The notes under the pieces were generated by a model, which ran no database searches, was not told where the DNA came from, and was given only the letters and a program-made list of their open reading frames with translations. A stretch of DNA of 64,000 bases, from NCBI GenBank assembly GCA_964247055.1, contig OZ176051.1, forward strand, positions 13,516,001 to 13,580,000, in the 5' to 3' direction. Each line of letters starts with the position of its first letter. Within the stretch, counting starts at the first letter, position 1. This stretch comes from Paragordius varius (lineage: Eukaryota; Animalia; Nematomorpha). Positions 49,271-63,135 of this stretch are shown here, piece after piece. The position numbers and the translations under genes were made by a program.

Positions 49271-49755
49271 GTAACTATTGATTTATATGACAATGATACT
49301 AAAGTTAAGATTGAAATAAGACATAATATTAAAATTAAGCGTCGTTCTATTATGGGAAAGTCTGAGAGTCTACAAATCAAGATATCATAAATGGCTGATT
49401 AAAATAGTTTGGAAGAAGGGCATATGTAGGTAGCTATAAGGTAAGAGGTGTCTTGGCCCCAATAAACATTAACAGACAGCCCTTACTTAAAAACCAGCGA
49501 ATACTCAGAGACAATTTTCCCCTAAAAATCGTGGAGATGTAGATGTAATTATTCTACGGTCTTGTTTAGTTAAAGCATAAATGAGGGAAATGAAATTATT
49601 CACTAAATGCCTTACTCAAAAAGTTTTAAAGTTCGATGATCAAAAGAGAAACCTCTTGAAAAAATATATTGGCGTAAAAAAGTACGCACGAAAAGAGTGA
49701 GTAGCTTAACACACTTAGGAAAACAATTATATGAAATAAAAGATTGTTAATTATA

Positions 49756-51314
49756 GGGCCTGCTGAATAAAAACAAGCACCTACTGGGTAGTAGGTGCTT
49801 GATAGTATGTACTAGTTTTTGAAAAAACATTGAATAAAAATAGGTACTTACTATCATGTACGTACTTAAGTCTTTAGTATGTGTAAAATGTTTATTTTCA
49901 TTTTGTTTTTTGTTAGTTTTTGATTTCATTCATAAAATGCGTTTGAAAAATTCATAAAGAAAATTAGAAAGTCTAACTTTTGGAAAATAAATATCGATTA
50001 TCTACCCATATTTTTAAATAATGCATTTATTAATACACATTTATTCATAAATACACAAAAAATAAATCAAAATAATGTTTGAACAATTGAATCTCGTTTC
50101 ATTTTGCCAGCCTTGAGTATTTGGGTTAGATCAATATTTGCTTCACAATCCTCCACATATTCAATATCAAAATATGAATTACTAATAAAATCTGTTAAGG
50201 GTTTTAATATATTTGGATACATTATGTAATATGGAACAAGTTAATATAAGTTTTGGGATTCGTTCTAGACTTAAAATTTCGTTACCAAGTATAGGAAATC
50301 GGGTCTTCATCTGACCGAAAACCCGCGCTCGATAATGCTTCTTTCAGAACAATGTAATTTATTGAATATTTTCCGTTATCGATCATCATATTTTTGAAGG
50401 GGGTTAGGAGCCAGGATGATAGAATAGTGGATATCCATTATCACCTAACAAACAGAAATCATTTTTGCACATATATGACTGAAAAATCGTGTTTCGCCAT
50501 ATCCTTGAATCATGGCCATTGTGCATCCACAGATGTAATTTATTCATTGGCATTACATGTAAATTGTACATTGAGGGTACATCGACCCTTTCGATTTACA
50601 TAGGCATCAACATTTTCTTTAGGTCTTAATATTTCAAAGTATGAACAATCAATGCAACCAATAGCAGTTGGCATTTTATATTTGGATAGCCATAGTTTAT
50701 TCGCAATATTGAGCTTTTCAAATGACTTGGGAAATTTTAACCATTGATTTTGATATTATTTCGTCCATAACTTTAGGTATAGTTTTGCATAATGTGAAAC
50801 TATGTACGATTCCAAGGTTAAATTTATAATTCACAAAATATATACCAAATATCAATACGAATAATATCATATTAACTCGATCATTATGGATGATATATAT
50901 CCTCCAAATGAAAGAATCTAAATGAAAGAATCTAAATTAAAGAAATATTTAATTTTTAACCAAAATATGAAAAGGTCATGTTATAACTCGAATTTGAATA
51001 AATCGGTGGTTTTTTATATAAAAAATAGCTTCATTCAAAAATATTCACTCAAATATATAAAATTTAAATGTTTATAAAATAAAATTAAGGTCATTAAAAA
51101 GTATATAAACTCAAATATTTTACACAAAAATAAAATAATCGAAGAAAATGATATGATTGTGAACATTCTTGAAAAAAAAACCAATATTTTTTAACAAAAG
51201 TAATAATCTCTGCAAATTGAACTCACAAAGCTTAAATAGAGAAGGAAAAAAATTATTATTAATAATAAAACAAATAATATTTAATTAATATATTAATAGG
51301 TTTATATATATGTA

Positions 51315-51356
<42 letters not shown>

Positions 51357-51656
51357 GAATCATGTAATTTAAAAAAACATTTATCTTAGAAATTTTATAA
51401 AAATATAACCGATATTATTTTAAGTGAAAAAATAATAGTTTAAAATGTTGCCATTTACCAGCTTAAAAAAACCAGTAAGTACTAGTTAAAATTTGTAAAA
51501 AGACAATTTTTATTCAATGATATTTGTCAGTATATACTGGTAAACATAGTACGTACTGGATAGTAAAAGCAATATATTTTTTTATTCAATACATAGCTAG
51601 TATATACTGGAAAAAACCTAGTTTTTAGTATATACTAGCTTTTATTCAGCAGGCCC
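49756..51656 (-). mobile_element. PIF/Harbinger transposon with decayed nuclease
   Basis: TIRs GGGCCTGCTGAATAAAA and a 3-bp TSD (ATA on both sides). Minus-strand fragments GCIDCSYFEILRP...YVNRKGRCTLNVQFTC, GDNGYPL, WLLTP and RSIIER...KTRFPIL lie at ~50700-50280. Confidence 0.92.
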
Positions 51657-52361
51657 ATAGTAATATATATACCCAATAGCTGGAGAAAAAACGATTAACA
51701 AAAGCGGGACCGACTACAAATAAAATGGTTAGATACAATAAATAAACTATGATTACATTAAAAAGTATGAAAGCCATAAATAATAAAAGTAACATGTGCT
51801 AAACTGGATTCTATTTAGATCATGCATCGTTCACATTTTATAATAATATAACTTTACATCAATTAACAAAAAATCAATTTTTAAATTTAGAGCTTTTCTC
51901 TAAGATAATTAATTACCCTTCAAAATTAAGCATATATAATGAAAATAATCTACAGCTAACAAACGCCGTGCATTAAGGTATTAAGCGAATTTTGTTACGC
52001 CAAACCTCCTATCATAAGGGTTCACTTAAAACAACCAATCTCAACTAAAAGCACGCTGACAAACTATTAATACTAATATAATTTCCGAATATCATTAATT
52101 TTAATCGGTGAACGGGATTTTTTTATAATTTACATTGATATAAAATATTTGCAGAATAAACAAATTGTGTTTTCTTATTTGATATTTGGCAATAAGAATT
52201 TTTTTAATTTTATTTAATAATATAAATTTATAGAAAAAACCGAGATTCATCTTGTATCCCGATGATGATGGCTTCAATAAGGTTTGTTTTTAGAGATATT
52301 TAATTTTTATATTATGTATATTCAGTGCACATAATTGGAACTATAAAAATGAGATATAATA

Positions 52362-52648
52362 TGCCATTTTTCAGGCGCAACACTTTTTCAAGCAAACGCC
52401 ACATTTCTAACCAAACGCAACTTTTTTATGCAAAAGCAAAATTTTTTCAAGCAAACTAACATTTTTTCAAGAAAACGCATCATTTACGCAACATTTTTTC
52501 AAATGAACCATTTTCCACTAACGGAACTAAAAATGTTGCGTTGCTTGAAATATCTTGCGTTTGTTTAAAAATGCGTTTGGTTTAAAAAATGTTGCGTTTT
52601 GATGAAAAATGCTGCGTTAGAAAAATTCTTGCTTTTGACTGAAAGGTA
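52362..52648. mobile_element. TA-flanked MITE with AAACGCAACATTTT-type subterminal repeats
   Basis: Several ~21-bp spaced AAACGCA units on the left are inverted as TGCGTTT units on the right; termini TGCCATTTT / AAAGGTA. Confidence 0.65.
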
Positions 52649-53875
52649 TATATTCTGATGGATAAATGTCATAAAATCTTATGGTACTTAATTAATTTAA
52701 TTGAGCGTATTTTCTTAAATATTTTTTTTCATAAAAGCCAGATGACTCAATCCACAAATATCATTAAAATATTTATACACTGCAAAAATGGGCAATTATA
52801 AATCACATGATAGCTAAAGGATAACGATAGAATATTGAAATCATATTATTAATAACTAAAATCAAATCTAATTTTCGCACATTAAAATATAACAAAGCTT
52901 CAAACTTAATTTTGTTTGTCAATGTGTACCAAAATGATATTTCTAGTTCAAAATATTACAGATAAAGTTACATTTTTCAGATAATCCTTAAAAGATTTTA
53001 CTAGAAATCCTTTTTATTATATAATACCTATGCATATAACGATTACCCAATATATCTTGTTTAAAGAATGGTAAATATAATTTGTACCAAGCGGAACGTA
53101 TAATTTTTATAAAACCTGCAATATACTATGAATATTTGTTTACCCAATCGTAGGAAAAAAACATCCATAACTTGTTTTTGGCTTTAATCCCGGCTCTCGT
53201 AAAAGCTTTTTAAATCTATTGATTCAATAGTTTTATACTTTGTGATAATTATACGTTACTTCCGCTTTGTGGAAATTTTATGAATATATTTTATATAAGG
53301 ATTGATTTTATTTTACTACAATATGTTATAAAATAATTTTTACCGTAAAATCGGTAATCTTATTTCAAAATCGATCCTAAGTCTTTCAAGTGCCTGCCTA
53401 AACATATAAAAAATCGTTAGTTGACGCGTTTTTCTCTATTGTATTATTCGCCCAATGTGCGATAAAATGCGATTTTTGATATAGGTAATACTCCAAAAAA
53501 CATTTTTGTGATTCATAAATTTTGATATTTATGGTTTATTAACATTAATTTAATTGTTCTTACCATGTTATATGGCACATGATTTTAAGAATTTTTTAGA
53601 TTTCAAAAGGCCATCATGGACTTTATCTAAACATTGCAAAAACTTACCCACCCCAAAATTCCATACACCATATTTTATTAATAGTTATTTTGATTAAAAT
53701 ATTTATATAAATAAATCTTGAAAATCATATATTCAATGAATAAAAATACTTAATGTTTGCTAATAAGCGTTGTTTTTAGTCAAAAATAATAAGGCAAAAA
53801 TATATTTTAAGTAAAAATTATAAAACGAAAAAAAAACAAAAAGGTAAATTCAAATATATAATAATTATTAATTTA

Positions 53876-54203
53876 TACCATTTACAATTCAAATTCACCT
53901 ATGAACAATTCAAAACCCTTGAACAATTAAAAGTCACCTTTGAACAATTTAAAACCCTCGATTAATTTAAATTTACCCTAAAATAAAAAGTGTTTTTTAA
54001 GATTAATTAATTTATATTTTTTTATTTTTAAAATATTAAATTTTGTTTAAAATTAAAATAATACTGAAAAAATAATACACTCTGCCATTAAGATATGTTT
54101 TATATAGTAATGATGAGTTATATTAGTCCGAAAACACATAATTTATTTTTAAGGTTGAATGTTCAAGGGTGAATTTGGATGAGTGAATTTGAATTGCATG
54201 GTA
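53876..54203. mobile_element. TACC-terminus foldback/MITE subfamily B copy
   Basis: TA|TACCATTTACAATTCAAATTCACC...GAATTTGAATTGCATGGTA|TA. Confidence 0.75.
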
Positions 54204-54915
54204 TATATATATGAAAATAAATCCAGAGTAGTTACGTTTGTAAGTTGAAGTATTGTTTATGAATGAAAAATGGAATTTGATATAAATATTTCTTATTTTT
54301 CACTTATGGTAATAATCTTTTTATAGATTCTGCTAAAATACAAAAATAAATTATTTTTGCCACTAAATTTGACATACTATGTGATATATAATATATTACG
54401 CATTACGGTTTCCTTTAAAAATCATAAGTAGTATTTTACTCTATTGCCAAAAAATATTGAAGAGTGAATTTTACTTCAGTTTACCATATTTTTTTATATG
54501 CATAGTTTCGGATCTATAGATCTTACGGACCTCCATACAACAATTTTTATTGAGCACGTCTAAACAAAATTACTCAGTTATTATTAATTGCACTTGCTTA
54601 ATATATAATTATTTGGAACAAGCTTGCACTTATCAATATACAATTATAAATATTATCAACTTGTTTTCTGTCCAATTATTATCGACCACTTATTTCATAA
54701 TATAATGTATTACATATTATTGTAACAATCTTATACGATCATGAAATAAATTTTATATGTTTGTTAATTATTTGGGGAAATCAAATTCAAACTATTCAAG
54801 CGTACTTTTAAATTAACGGGACCATCAACTTTTAAATGCATTCGAAACTTTTGTTATACTTATTATTTACTTATAAGAGAAACATGGATAGATTCGGACG
54901 TTATCAATATTAAAA

Positions 54916-54990
54916 CAGGGGTGCCCAATACAAATGGCGTCGCGGGCCACATTTACTTAACTTAAAAAATACGGCGGCCCGCATTTCAAA
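54916..54990. mobile_element. hAT-like left terminus
   Basis: CAGGGGTGCCCAA followed by GCGGGCC and GCGGCCCG motifs; no partner end found. Confidence 0.45.
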
Positions 54991-55256
54991 AATATAATAA
55001 TAAGAACAACCATAGATGTGTTTGAGAAATTAAACCACAAGATATAATTTTTATGAGTAAAAGACCCAACCGTTAAAAAAAAATTAAAGAGATATACATT
55101 AAATTTTACCATTCATAAGTATTTAGGATATTTTATTGTATTTTTAAACATACATATTTAGCTTTTTAGATACTAAATCCATAAAAAATTAAATTATAAA
55201 ACTGATAAAATTCTTCATCCAATCCTTTTCGTCGCTGTTACCACCCATGGAAAATA

Positions 55257-55763
55257 TACTATTTGCACTTCAGTCCTTGTACACTTCAAGTTAATCCTCG
55301 AACATTCATGTTGGTCCTAAAATGTTTAAGTTTAGATTTAACCATTATTTTGCATCTATTCTTTTATTTCAATTTTTAACCTAATTTTGTTTATTATATA
55401 TTTCTACATTTAAAAATAATACCTTTCATTTAAAAAGTACTTTTTTTGTCTCAAAATAATTTTAAATTCAACAATATAATTTTCTAATTTTTTTACTTAG
55501 AAAACTTATGTTTATTTAAATAACCTGTTAAGTCTTATTGCTATTAAATATTTATAAAAAATAATAAAGATTGAATAATAAAAACATTTATATTGATTTT
55601 AAAATTTTGTTTTAAATCATAGAATGATATAATATAGAAAACATGGTATCAGATAAAAAACAATTTAAAAAAGCTGAAGGACCAACTTGTAATGTTCAAG
55701 GACCAACTTGAAGTTAAAGACCAACTTAAAATATTCTTGGACACCTTTGAAGTACAAATGATA
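55257..55763. mobile_element. Older degenerate copy of the 21-bp-unit foldback element
   Basis: Contains GGACCAACTTG..TGTTCAAGGACCAACTTG units, and its termini are related to those of 14524-15258. Confidence 0.75.
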
Positions 55764-55879
55764 TACATAATCTACGATCGACACTTGGTAAGGCATACAT
55801 TTAAAAGACACGTCTACGGCAAGGTTTTATAAATGTACCACAACTAATTCAAGTGTAGCATACACTGTAATTTTTTTTA

Positions 55880-57035
55880 ACAAAAATTTTTTTTCATGAG
55901 ATAGTTTAGGGCCAGCGAATTCATTTGCCGCAAATATATTGTTGACGACCTAGTTTTTAAAATATTGAAAGAATATCTAAATCAGAAAAGTGAAAGGATA
56001 ATTAAGGATAATTCAATAAATAATGATAAAAGTTGAGATATTATAGTTGATTATCGTTTTAGGAGTTATTTTCTATATCTAAATAGCCTAAAATCATATA
56101 AATACGGTTTCTATAAAATCTCAGTTTAAAAGATGGCTTTTTCTTTTAACACGCTTAAACAAATTTTTTTTATTAAACTATAATAATTTTTTTTAATATT
56201 TACTAGCTAAACTCACTTAAATCTTAACTCATATTTTATTTAGTAAAGAAAACTTTTATATCAAAATAAAACCAAAAAATATTGTTTTTATTTTTTTTCA
56301 TCTTTTTGTCATCTTTATGAGTGTATAAATATACACTGTTTTATTTTAGAATAATACATGAGTGGGAGTTATAAAGTATATAATTATGCAAAATAGGATT
56401 TAAAAGTATTGAAAAATGAACCAAATATCCGTAATCCCAGTAAAAATATTAATTTGTGTTAAAAAAACTTGTTACAGGGATTTATAGGGACTGTTAATGG
56501 ATATTCCGCTACATTTAAATGCTATTTTGCATAAATTATATACTTTATAACTCCCACTCATGTGAGATTCCAAAATATAACAGTATAATTTTTTATACAC
56601 TCATAAACCAGATGACAAAAATATGAAAAAAAAACAATATTTTTTGGTTTTATTTTGATATAAGTTTTATTTACTTAATAAAATATGAGTTAAGATTTGA
56701 GTGAGTTTAGCTAATAAATATTAAAAAAAATTATTATAGTTTAAAAATTTTGTTTAAGCGTGTTAAAAGAAAAAGCCATCTTTTAAACTGAGATTTTATA
56801 GAAACCGTATTTATATGATTTTAGGCTATTTAGATATAGAAAATAACTCCTAAAAAGATAATCAACTATAATATCTCAACTTTTATTATTTATTGAATTA
56901 TCCTTAATTATCCTTTCACTTTTCTGATTTAGATTTTCTCTCAATATTTTAAAAACTAGGTCGTAAACAAATAAAAAAATTTACGGCAAATGAATACGCT
57001 GTTCATAAGCTATCTCATGAAAAAAAAATTGTTTG
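55880..57035. repeat. Large imperfect inverted repeat (~550-bp arms, short spacer near 56430-56490)
   Basis: For example, ATGAGTGGGAGTTATAAAGTATATAATTATGCAAAATAG (~56358) pairs with CTATTTTGCATAAATTATATACTTTATAACTCCCACTCAT (~56523). Matching continues outward with scattered substitutions and small indels. Confidence 0.88.
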
Positions 57036-57681
57036 CACACAGTTATATATTAAATATTTTTAACATTAGCTGTTATTAGTTTTTTAGTATTACCATTCTG
57101 GTCTCCACGAGTTATATAATAAAAGCTTTTTATTTGCCATAGGAAAACAATGTTTCTTAATAATTTTACTAAAAAAGATTTAAAATACAAGATATTTTGA
57201 AGTAATTCTACAAAAAAATGCCTAATTTGATCATCTAGGGAAAATGAAAAGGTAATTCGGAAAGGGTTAAACATTATTATATTGAAACCTATCAAATTAC
57301 AAATCAAATTAAACTAACATATAAATATTGATTGTGGGCAATTAATACTCTTTAAACAACCATTTTAGCTGGATGCTAAACTTGGCTAAAATTACAAGTA
57401 TGATCGTATAATTTATGTAAAAAACTTTTTTAGCATACAGATTGGAGAAAAATGCTATGAATTCACCACATATAAATATAATAAGTCTATTGAAATCGAT
57501 TTACGATTTTAACATTAAACAGAGTATATAAGGGCTTTTGCAATCCAAAAATTAGAGGATAACTCTATTCAATTGCCAAAATCCAAAATGTGCGTAACAT
57601 CTGATTATCAGTATTTAGCCCATTTGTTATTTGACGTAAAGCCATTTTTTTGATATTTTAAAATTTTTGAGAGTAAGACCG

Positions 57682-57966
57682 TGTTAAAAGGGTTATTATC
57701 ATACGCAAATTATCCTTCTCTTTTTTAGTGCATTATACACTTTTGTCCTTGTTACGTTAAAAATATATATTACCTTGGTTGTGAATGCAAATTATTTTAT
57801 TTATACTTATTATCTTTAACAACGTTTAAATCAGACAACTTTACCCTTGTGAATGCAATAACCAAATTTCCTAATGTATATAAGGAATCATTGTAACACG
57901 CAGATCATATTATATTATTCATTTTTTTGTTATACTAAATAAATATATATTTCCTTTTCTATATTA
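57682..57966 (+). repeat. 5' LTR
   Basis: Differs from the 3' LTR at 7 of 285 positions (counted by eye). Confidence 0.95.
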
Positions 57967-57988
57967 ACTGGCGCGGCTATTCGAGGCT

Positions 57989-58839
57989 ATGGAAAAAATT
58001 AATTTATCATGTTTTAATCCAAATCTTGAGTTTACAAATTATATTACATATATTAAACGCAATTTGGAGGTCAAGAATGTCGCAGCCACCGATGAAAATA
58101 TGAAAGCATGTTTGTTGGCTTTCGGGGGAATCGAAAATATTAATAAAATTGAAAATTATTTCTATCCACAAGCAATAGACAACATATCATTCCCAGATCT
58201 ATTAAACGCCGGTATAAAAATCTTCTCCCCCTCAAGGAATATTTTTTCGTCGCGTTTTGATTTAATTAAAATGAAGAGGGGGAGAATGGAAACGTTCACA
58301 GAATTCCTGTTAGGAATTAAACAAATGGCCATCCACTGCCGGTTCTCGTCAAACATTGACGAGCACATCAGAGATGTATTCATCGGGGGTTTAGATGAGC
58401 AAGCAGTGGAGATGGAGCTATTTACACGGTTTCCGGAGGCTTTAGAAAACGGGGCTCCCGTTTCTCTAAACACTGTGGTAAATATTGCTTTATCACATGA
58501 GAAAAAAATGCACTAACGAATACAGAAGTGCTGTCCATCAATATTGATAATGATAATAAAAGTAACAATAATAAGAACCACAGTAGTAATGGTGAAATAA
58601 ACGAAATAGCCACACTTTACCAATTAAAAAGCAACAATAGTAATAATAACCGACGCACCTGCACAAAATGTGGGAGGACTCATACGTTGGGACATTGCCC
58701 TGCCTATGGGAAAGAATGTTATAGATGCCATCGTTCAAACCACTTTGCTCGATGTTGTAAGGTAACGTTTAAAGCATATTCCCTTTTTAATAAGACAAAA
58801 AAATCCCAAATCGTTCCTAAAATAAATAATTTTCATTGA
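57989..58839 (+). pseudogene. gag with CCHC knuckles, frameshifted at A7 58502-58508
   Basis: LLAFGG..., IRDVFIGGL, then CTKCGRTHTLGHCPAYGKECYRCHRSNHFARCC in the next frame. Confidence 0.9.
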
Positions 58840-58840
58840 A

Positions 58841-61682
58841 ATGATTTTTGAAACGGGTGCCGATATTTCAATCATAAATTATAAAAACTGGTGCCGTCTA
58901 GGCAAACCAGCACTAGATTTTCATAACAATAATATTTTCATACATGCACACAATAATAATCGTATAAAAACATTAGGTAAATGCAAATTACAGGTTGAAT
59001 TAGATAAAAGAACGCACATTCTAGAGTGCTTTATTATAAACAATAATTTACCATCAATATTTGGAATGGACTGGATAAAACAATTTAATTTGAAATTACC
59101 CAATCATGTAATAATAAATAACTTATCTTCATATGATATATATAACAAATTTAACAAGTTATTTTCTGAGGGCCTTGGTTGCTGGAAAGGCGAACCAATT
59201 AAAGTGTTTTTAAGTAATAATAATTGTGGTAGAATTTTTCCAAGTAGAAGGGTGCCACTATCGTTACAAAGCAAAGTGGAGGATGAGATAAATAGATTGG
59301 TAAAACTGGATATAATTGAGCCTGTTGATCCAAAAAAGACTAGAATCGTTTGGTCCAGCCCTACTGTAAATATTTTAAAACCGAATAAAGAGCTTAGAAT
59401 ATGCGCGGATTTTAAAATAATTATAAATCCACACATAAAACCGCCGCAATACATAATCCCAACCTTTGACGACTTCATCTCAAAAATTTCCTTCGGCAAA
59501 TCTTTCTCGACACTAGATTTGAAAGACGCCTATTTTCAAATTCCAGTAGACCCAGATAGTCAGCACTTACTAACAATTTCTACACATAAGGGGTTTTATA
59601 AGTATAAACGATTGCCTTTTGGGTTGAATTGCGCTCCAAGTTTCTTTCAACAAATAATGGACGAGTTATTAAAAGATTGCGCAGGTACAGCCGTTTATTT
59701 AGATGACGTTATAGTGACAGGCGAAACCGAGACAAAGCACAAGGACAACCTAATAAAGGTATTTACGAAATTGGAGACATGGGATTAATGCGCAAAGATA
59801 AAATAAAACTTTTTCAACCATCTGTGGAATATCTTGGTCATATTATTTCTGAAAATTGCATTAAACCCTCCCCAAATAAAATTAAAGCCATCCAAGAGTG
59901 CCCGACCCCGACCAACAAAACCACTCTTAGATCATTTTTTGGGTTTACTTAATTTTCATGCAAAATTCATCCCTTCCCTAAGCATTTTAATGGGAGAACT
60001 ACATAAATTAGCAGGTAACAAACAAAAATGGTGTTGGACGCTAACGCATGATTCGATATTCAAAAAAGCTAAAGACTTGATCTGCCAGAGTAGTTCCTTG
60101 CATCCGTATAATCCCAAACTACCTATAGTCTTGGAAACCGACGCGTCAATGTCAGGATACGGTGCTATTTTATCACATAGAACAACAGCGGGTACTCGCC
60201 CGATCGCCTACACGTCAAAAAAATGCTCTCAGGCTGAAGAAAACTATTTAGTAATTGAGCGAGAAGCAAAAGCTATCCTAATAGCGTTAGAGAAGTTTAA
60301 AACCTTTTTGTACGGCAGAAAATTTATAATACAAACGTACCACAAACCACTAGTGAAACTATTTGGGCCTCAAAGAGATCTTAAAATTAATAATTGTAAA
60401 CTAGTACGCTGGATAACTAGAACATCGGTATTCGATTTTAACATAGAATATCACCCTGGTACAGAAAACATAGCTGACTGCCTATCGAGACTTCCCATTG
60501 AAAACCAGGAGCCGATGGATTTTGAGAAAGACGATGAAAGTAGCAATGTTCATTTGATTTGGTCCAACGAATTAAATTTAAATATAGAAATTATCTATCA
60601 AGAGTCTATAAAGAATCCTACGATAGCAAAATTAAAAGTAGCCCTAAGGTCTAATAATTGGACGGACCCCCTGGTCAAGCCTTTCATCGCAATAAAAAAT
60701 GAAATTGAGGATGCATATGGTCTATTATTTGTGGGAGATCGGGTAATAATCCCGAACAAAATTAAGCCAGAGATTTTAAGATACCTGCATAGTGGCCATC
60801 CGGGAATACAAGCCATGAAACTATTAAGCCGCGAAAAGGTTTATTGGCCCGGGTTGAGCCAAGATATCGAAAAATGGGTGCGTAGCTGCCAAAACTGCCA
60901 AAGGCTGCGCCCAAATGTACCCGAAAATCCCACCTATCAATGGAACGGGAATACAACCATATGGGAACGGCTCCACCTAGATATCGCCGGACCATTGACA
61001 ATTTATACTGGGTGGTACTAATTGATCATTGCACCCGCTGGGTGGAGGTAGAGACGTTATGCTCTGTGAATACAGGTAATATTCTAAAGTTTTTAGAAAC
61101 CTGTTTTTGCCGGTATGGGTACCCAAAAGTGGTTGTTACTGATAACGGCTCTTATTTTAAATCGGGGGAGTTTGAGAGAACTTTAGCTTCCTTAATATAA
61201 AACACGTAACATCAGCTCCCTACCACCCCCGAACAAATGGGTTGGTAGAGAGGGTAATTTACACTCTAAAAAATCATTATTCAATGTCAACCCCACTTTC
61301 CGCAGACCCAGTGCGAAGATTAAACCAAATCTTATGGGCTTACCGAATCACGCATCACAGTTCCACGCAGGAGACCCCCGCGCATTTGTTTTTAAAAAGA
61401 ACTATGCAAAGCCCATTTACATGGATGAAAACGAAACCCAACGAATTCATGGATACTCCTGACATTCCGCAGGAGTTTGAAAAGGGGCAAAAGGTATATA
61501 TCAAGAATGAATTGTGTTCTGGTTGGAGGGAGGGACAAATCGTCGACAGAACGGGATGGTTATCGTACAATGTCAACGACAATGGCAAAATTATCCGCAA
61601 ACATGCTGATCAATTAGGAATCGCATGGATTGGTCGGCCGAAGGAGAAGACGGGAGAAGTGAGGAAAAGACTAAAAATCTAG
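58841..61682 (+). pseudogene. pol (protease, RT, RNase H, integrase) broken by several frameshifts
   Basis: FETGADIS (DTG changed to ETG), VYLDDVIV, LETDAS, HSGHPG...CQNCQ, WERLHLDIAGP, VVTDNG and PYHPRTNGLVER. Confidence 0.92.
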
Positions 61683-61940
61683 ATAACCCGGAAATATCAA
61701 TCAGCATTCCTAACTCATCATCCGCAAACTTAAGCAACAATGATAATAACCTCCGAAAACATCCCACGGAACATGAAATAAGAATCCCTGAAAACATCGA
61801 GGAGAATCCGGAATCGAATGTGCTCCTTCAAGTGAGAATACTCCCGTGCAAACAAGTGACACTTCTCCTACTACGACTCGCCGGTACCCAATTCGATCCC
61901 GAAAGCCACCCGACCGATATCAAGCTTAAGGAAGAAGGTA

Positions 61941-62225
61941 TGTTAAAAGGGTTATTATCATACGCAAATTATCCTTCTCTTTTTTAGTGCATAATACACT
62001 TTTGTCCTTGTTACGTTAAAAATATATATTACCTTGGTTGTGAATGCAAATTATTTTATTTATACTTATTAACTTTAACAACGTTTAAATCAGACAACTT
62101 TACCCTTGTGAATGCAATTACCAAATTTCCTAATGTATATAAGGAATCATTGTAACACGCAGATCATATTATATTATTCAGTTTTTTGTTATACTAAATA
62201 AATATATATATCCTTTTTTTTATTA
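61941..62225 (+). repeat. 3' LTR
   Basis: TGTTAAAAGGG...TATTA, followed by GACCG. Confidence 0.95.
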
Positions 62226-63074
62226 GACCGATACACCCATTGGTTATAATGTTTATTGCAATGAACCCAAAAATTTTTATTTTACAATGCTTTATCGCGT
62301 CCTACCAATGATTAAAAGATTGTACTTACTTATTTTTATGTTATTAATGGTTTGCCTATATTGTCTAAAAAATCGTGTATGGTTTATATCCCTTTCCATT
62401 TTTAAATTTATCAGATGTAAAGTATGACGGACTGTCAGTTATCATTCATCTTGGAGAAGCATATCAGCCGAAAAATCCGTCCATAAAACTTATTTTTGTA
62501 GAGAAAATTTATTGTGATTTTATGCGAAAATGGTAAATTCCTACTCTATGTCAATAACTTCGGACGCACAATCAATATCCCAGATACATATTTTATTAAA
62601 ATATCTAAATAAATTATTGAATAAAGCAGAATGAGGTTTTTCAACCAAATAATTTTACCTAATATTTAAAGAAAGTCTGTAATTACTGATTTATTGGGAC
62701 CTAGTTGTGAAGGATGCAAAATATGAATTTTAATTTCTATCAAACAGTATATGTAGGTAAATTAGGTTTTTGAAATTCTATTACATTAATACATCACCTT
62801 AACACCTGATTTAATAATTATTGATATTTACTGTCAAAAAGTATTTTATGGTTATTTTGTAATTTGCATAAATGATTAAAATTACCATTTAGTTACCGAA
62901 TTCTGTATTTAAAGTCAAAAATTTAAGATCATTTCACATTTTTTAATATTATGTAAAAAGCCCTTAAAGGCAAAACATTTCTAAATTGAAATTATCATGG
63001 AATAAATTGAATTTGAATTTACATATATATATATATTTATAGTAAATTATTTCAAATTAAATCAATTTTTATTT

Positions 63075-63135
<61 letters not shown>

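Larger units (their letters stand above)
57682..62225 (+). mobile_element. Complete Ty3/gypsy LTR retrotransposon (Mag-like double zinc knuckle), coding-defective
   Basis: Two 285-bp LTRs, TSD GACCG (57677-57681 and 62226-62230), PBS-like TGGCGCGG at 57969, PPT AAGGAAGAAGG before 61941, and gag-PR-RT-RH-IN order. Confidence 0.96.

Noticed and set aside
58495-58520. Programmed frameshift within gypsy gag
   Set aside because: It falls upstream of the zinc knuckles rather than at the gag-pol junction, and the element has several other frameshifts.
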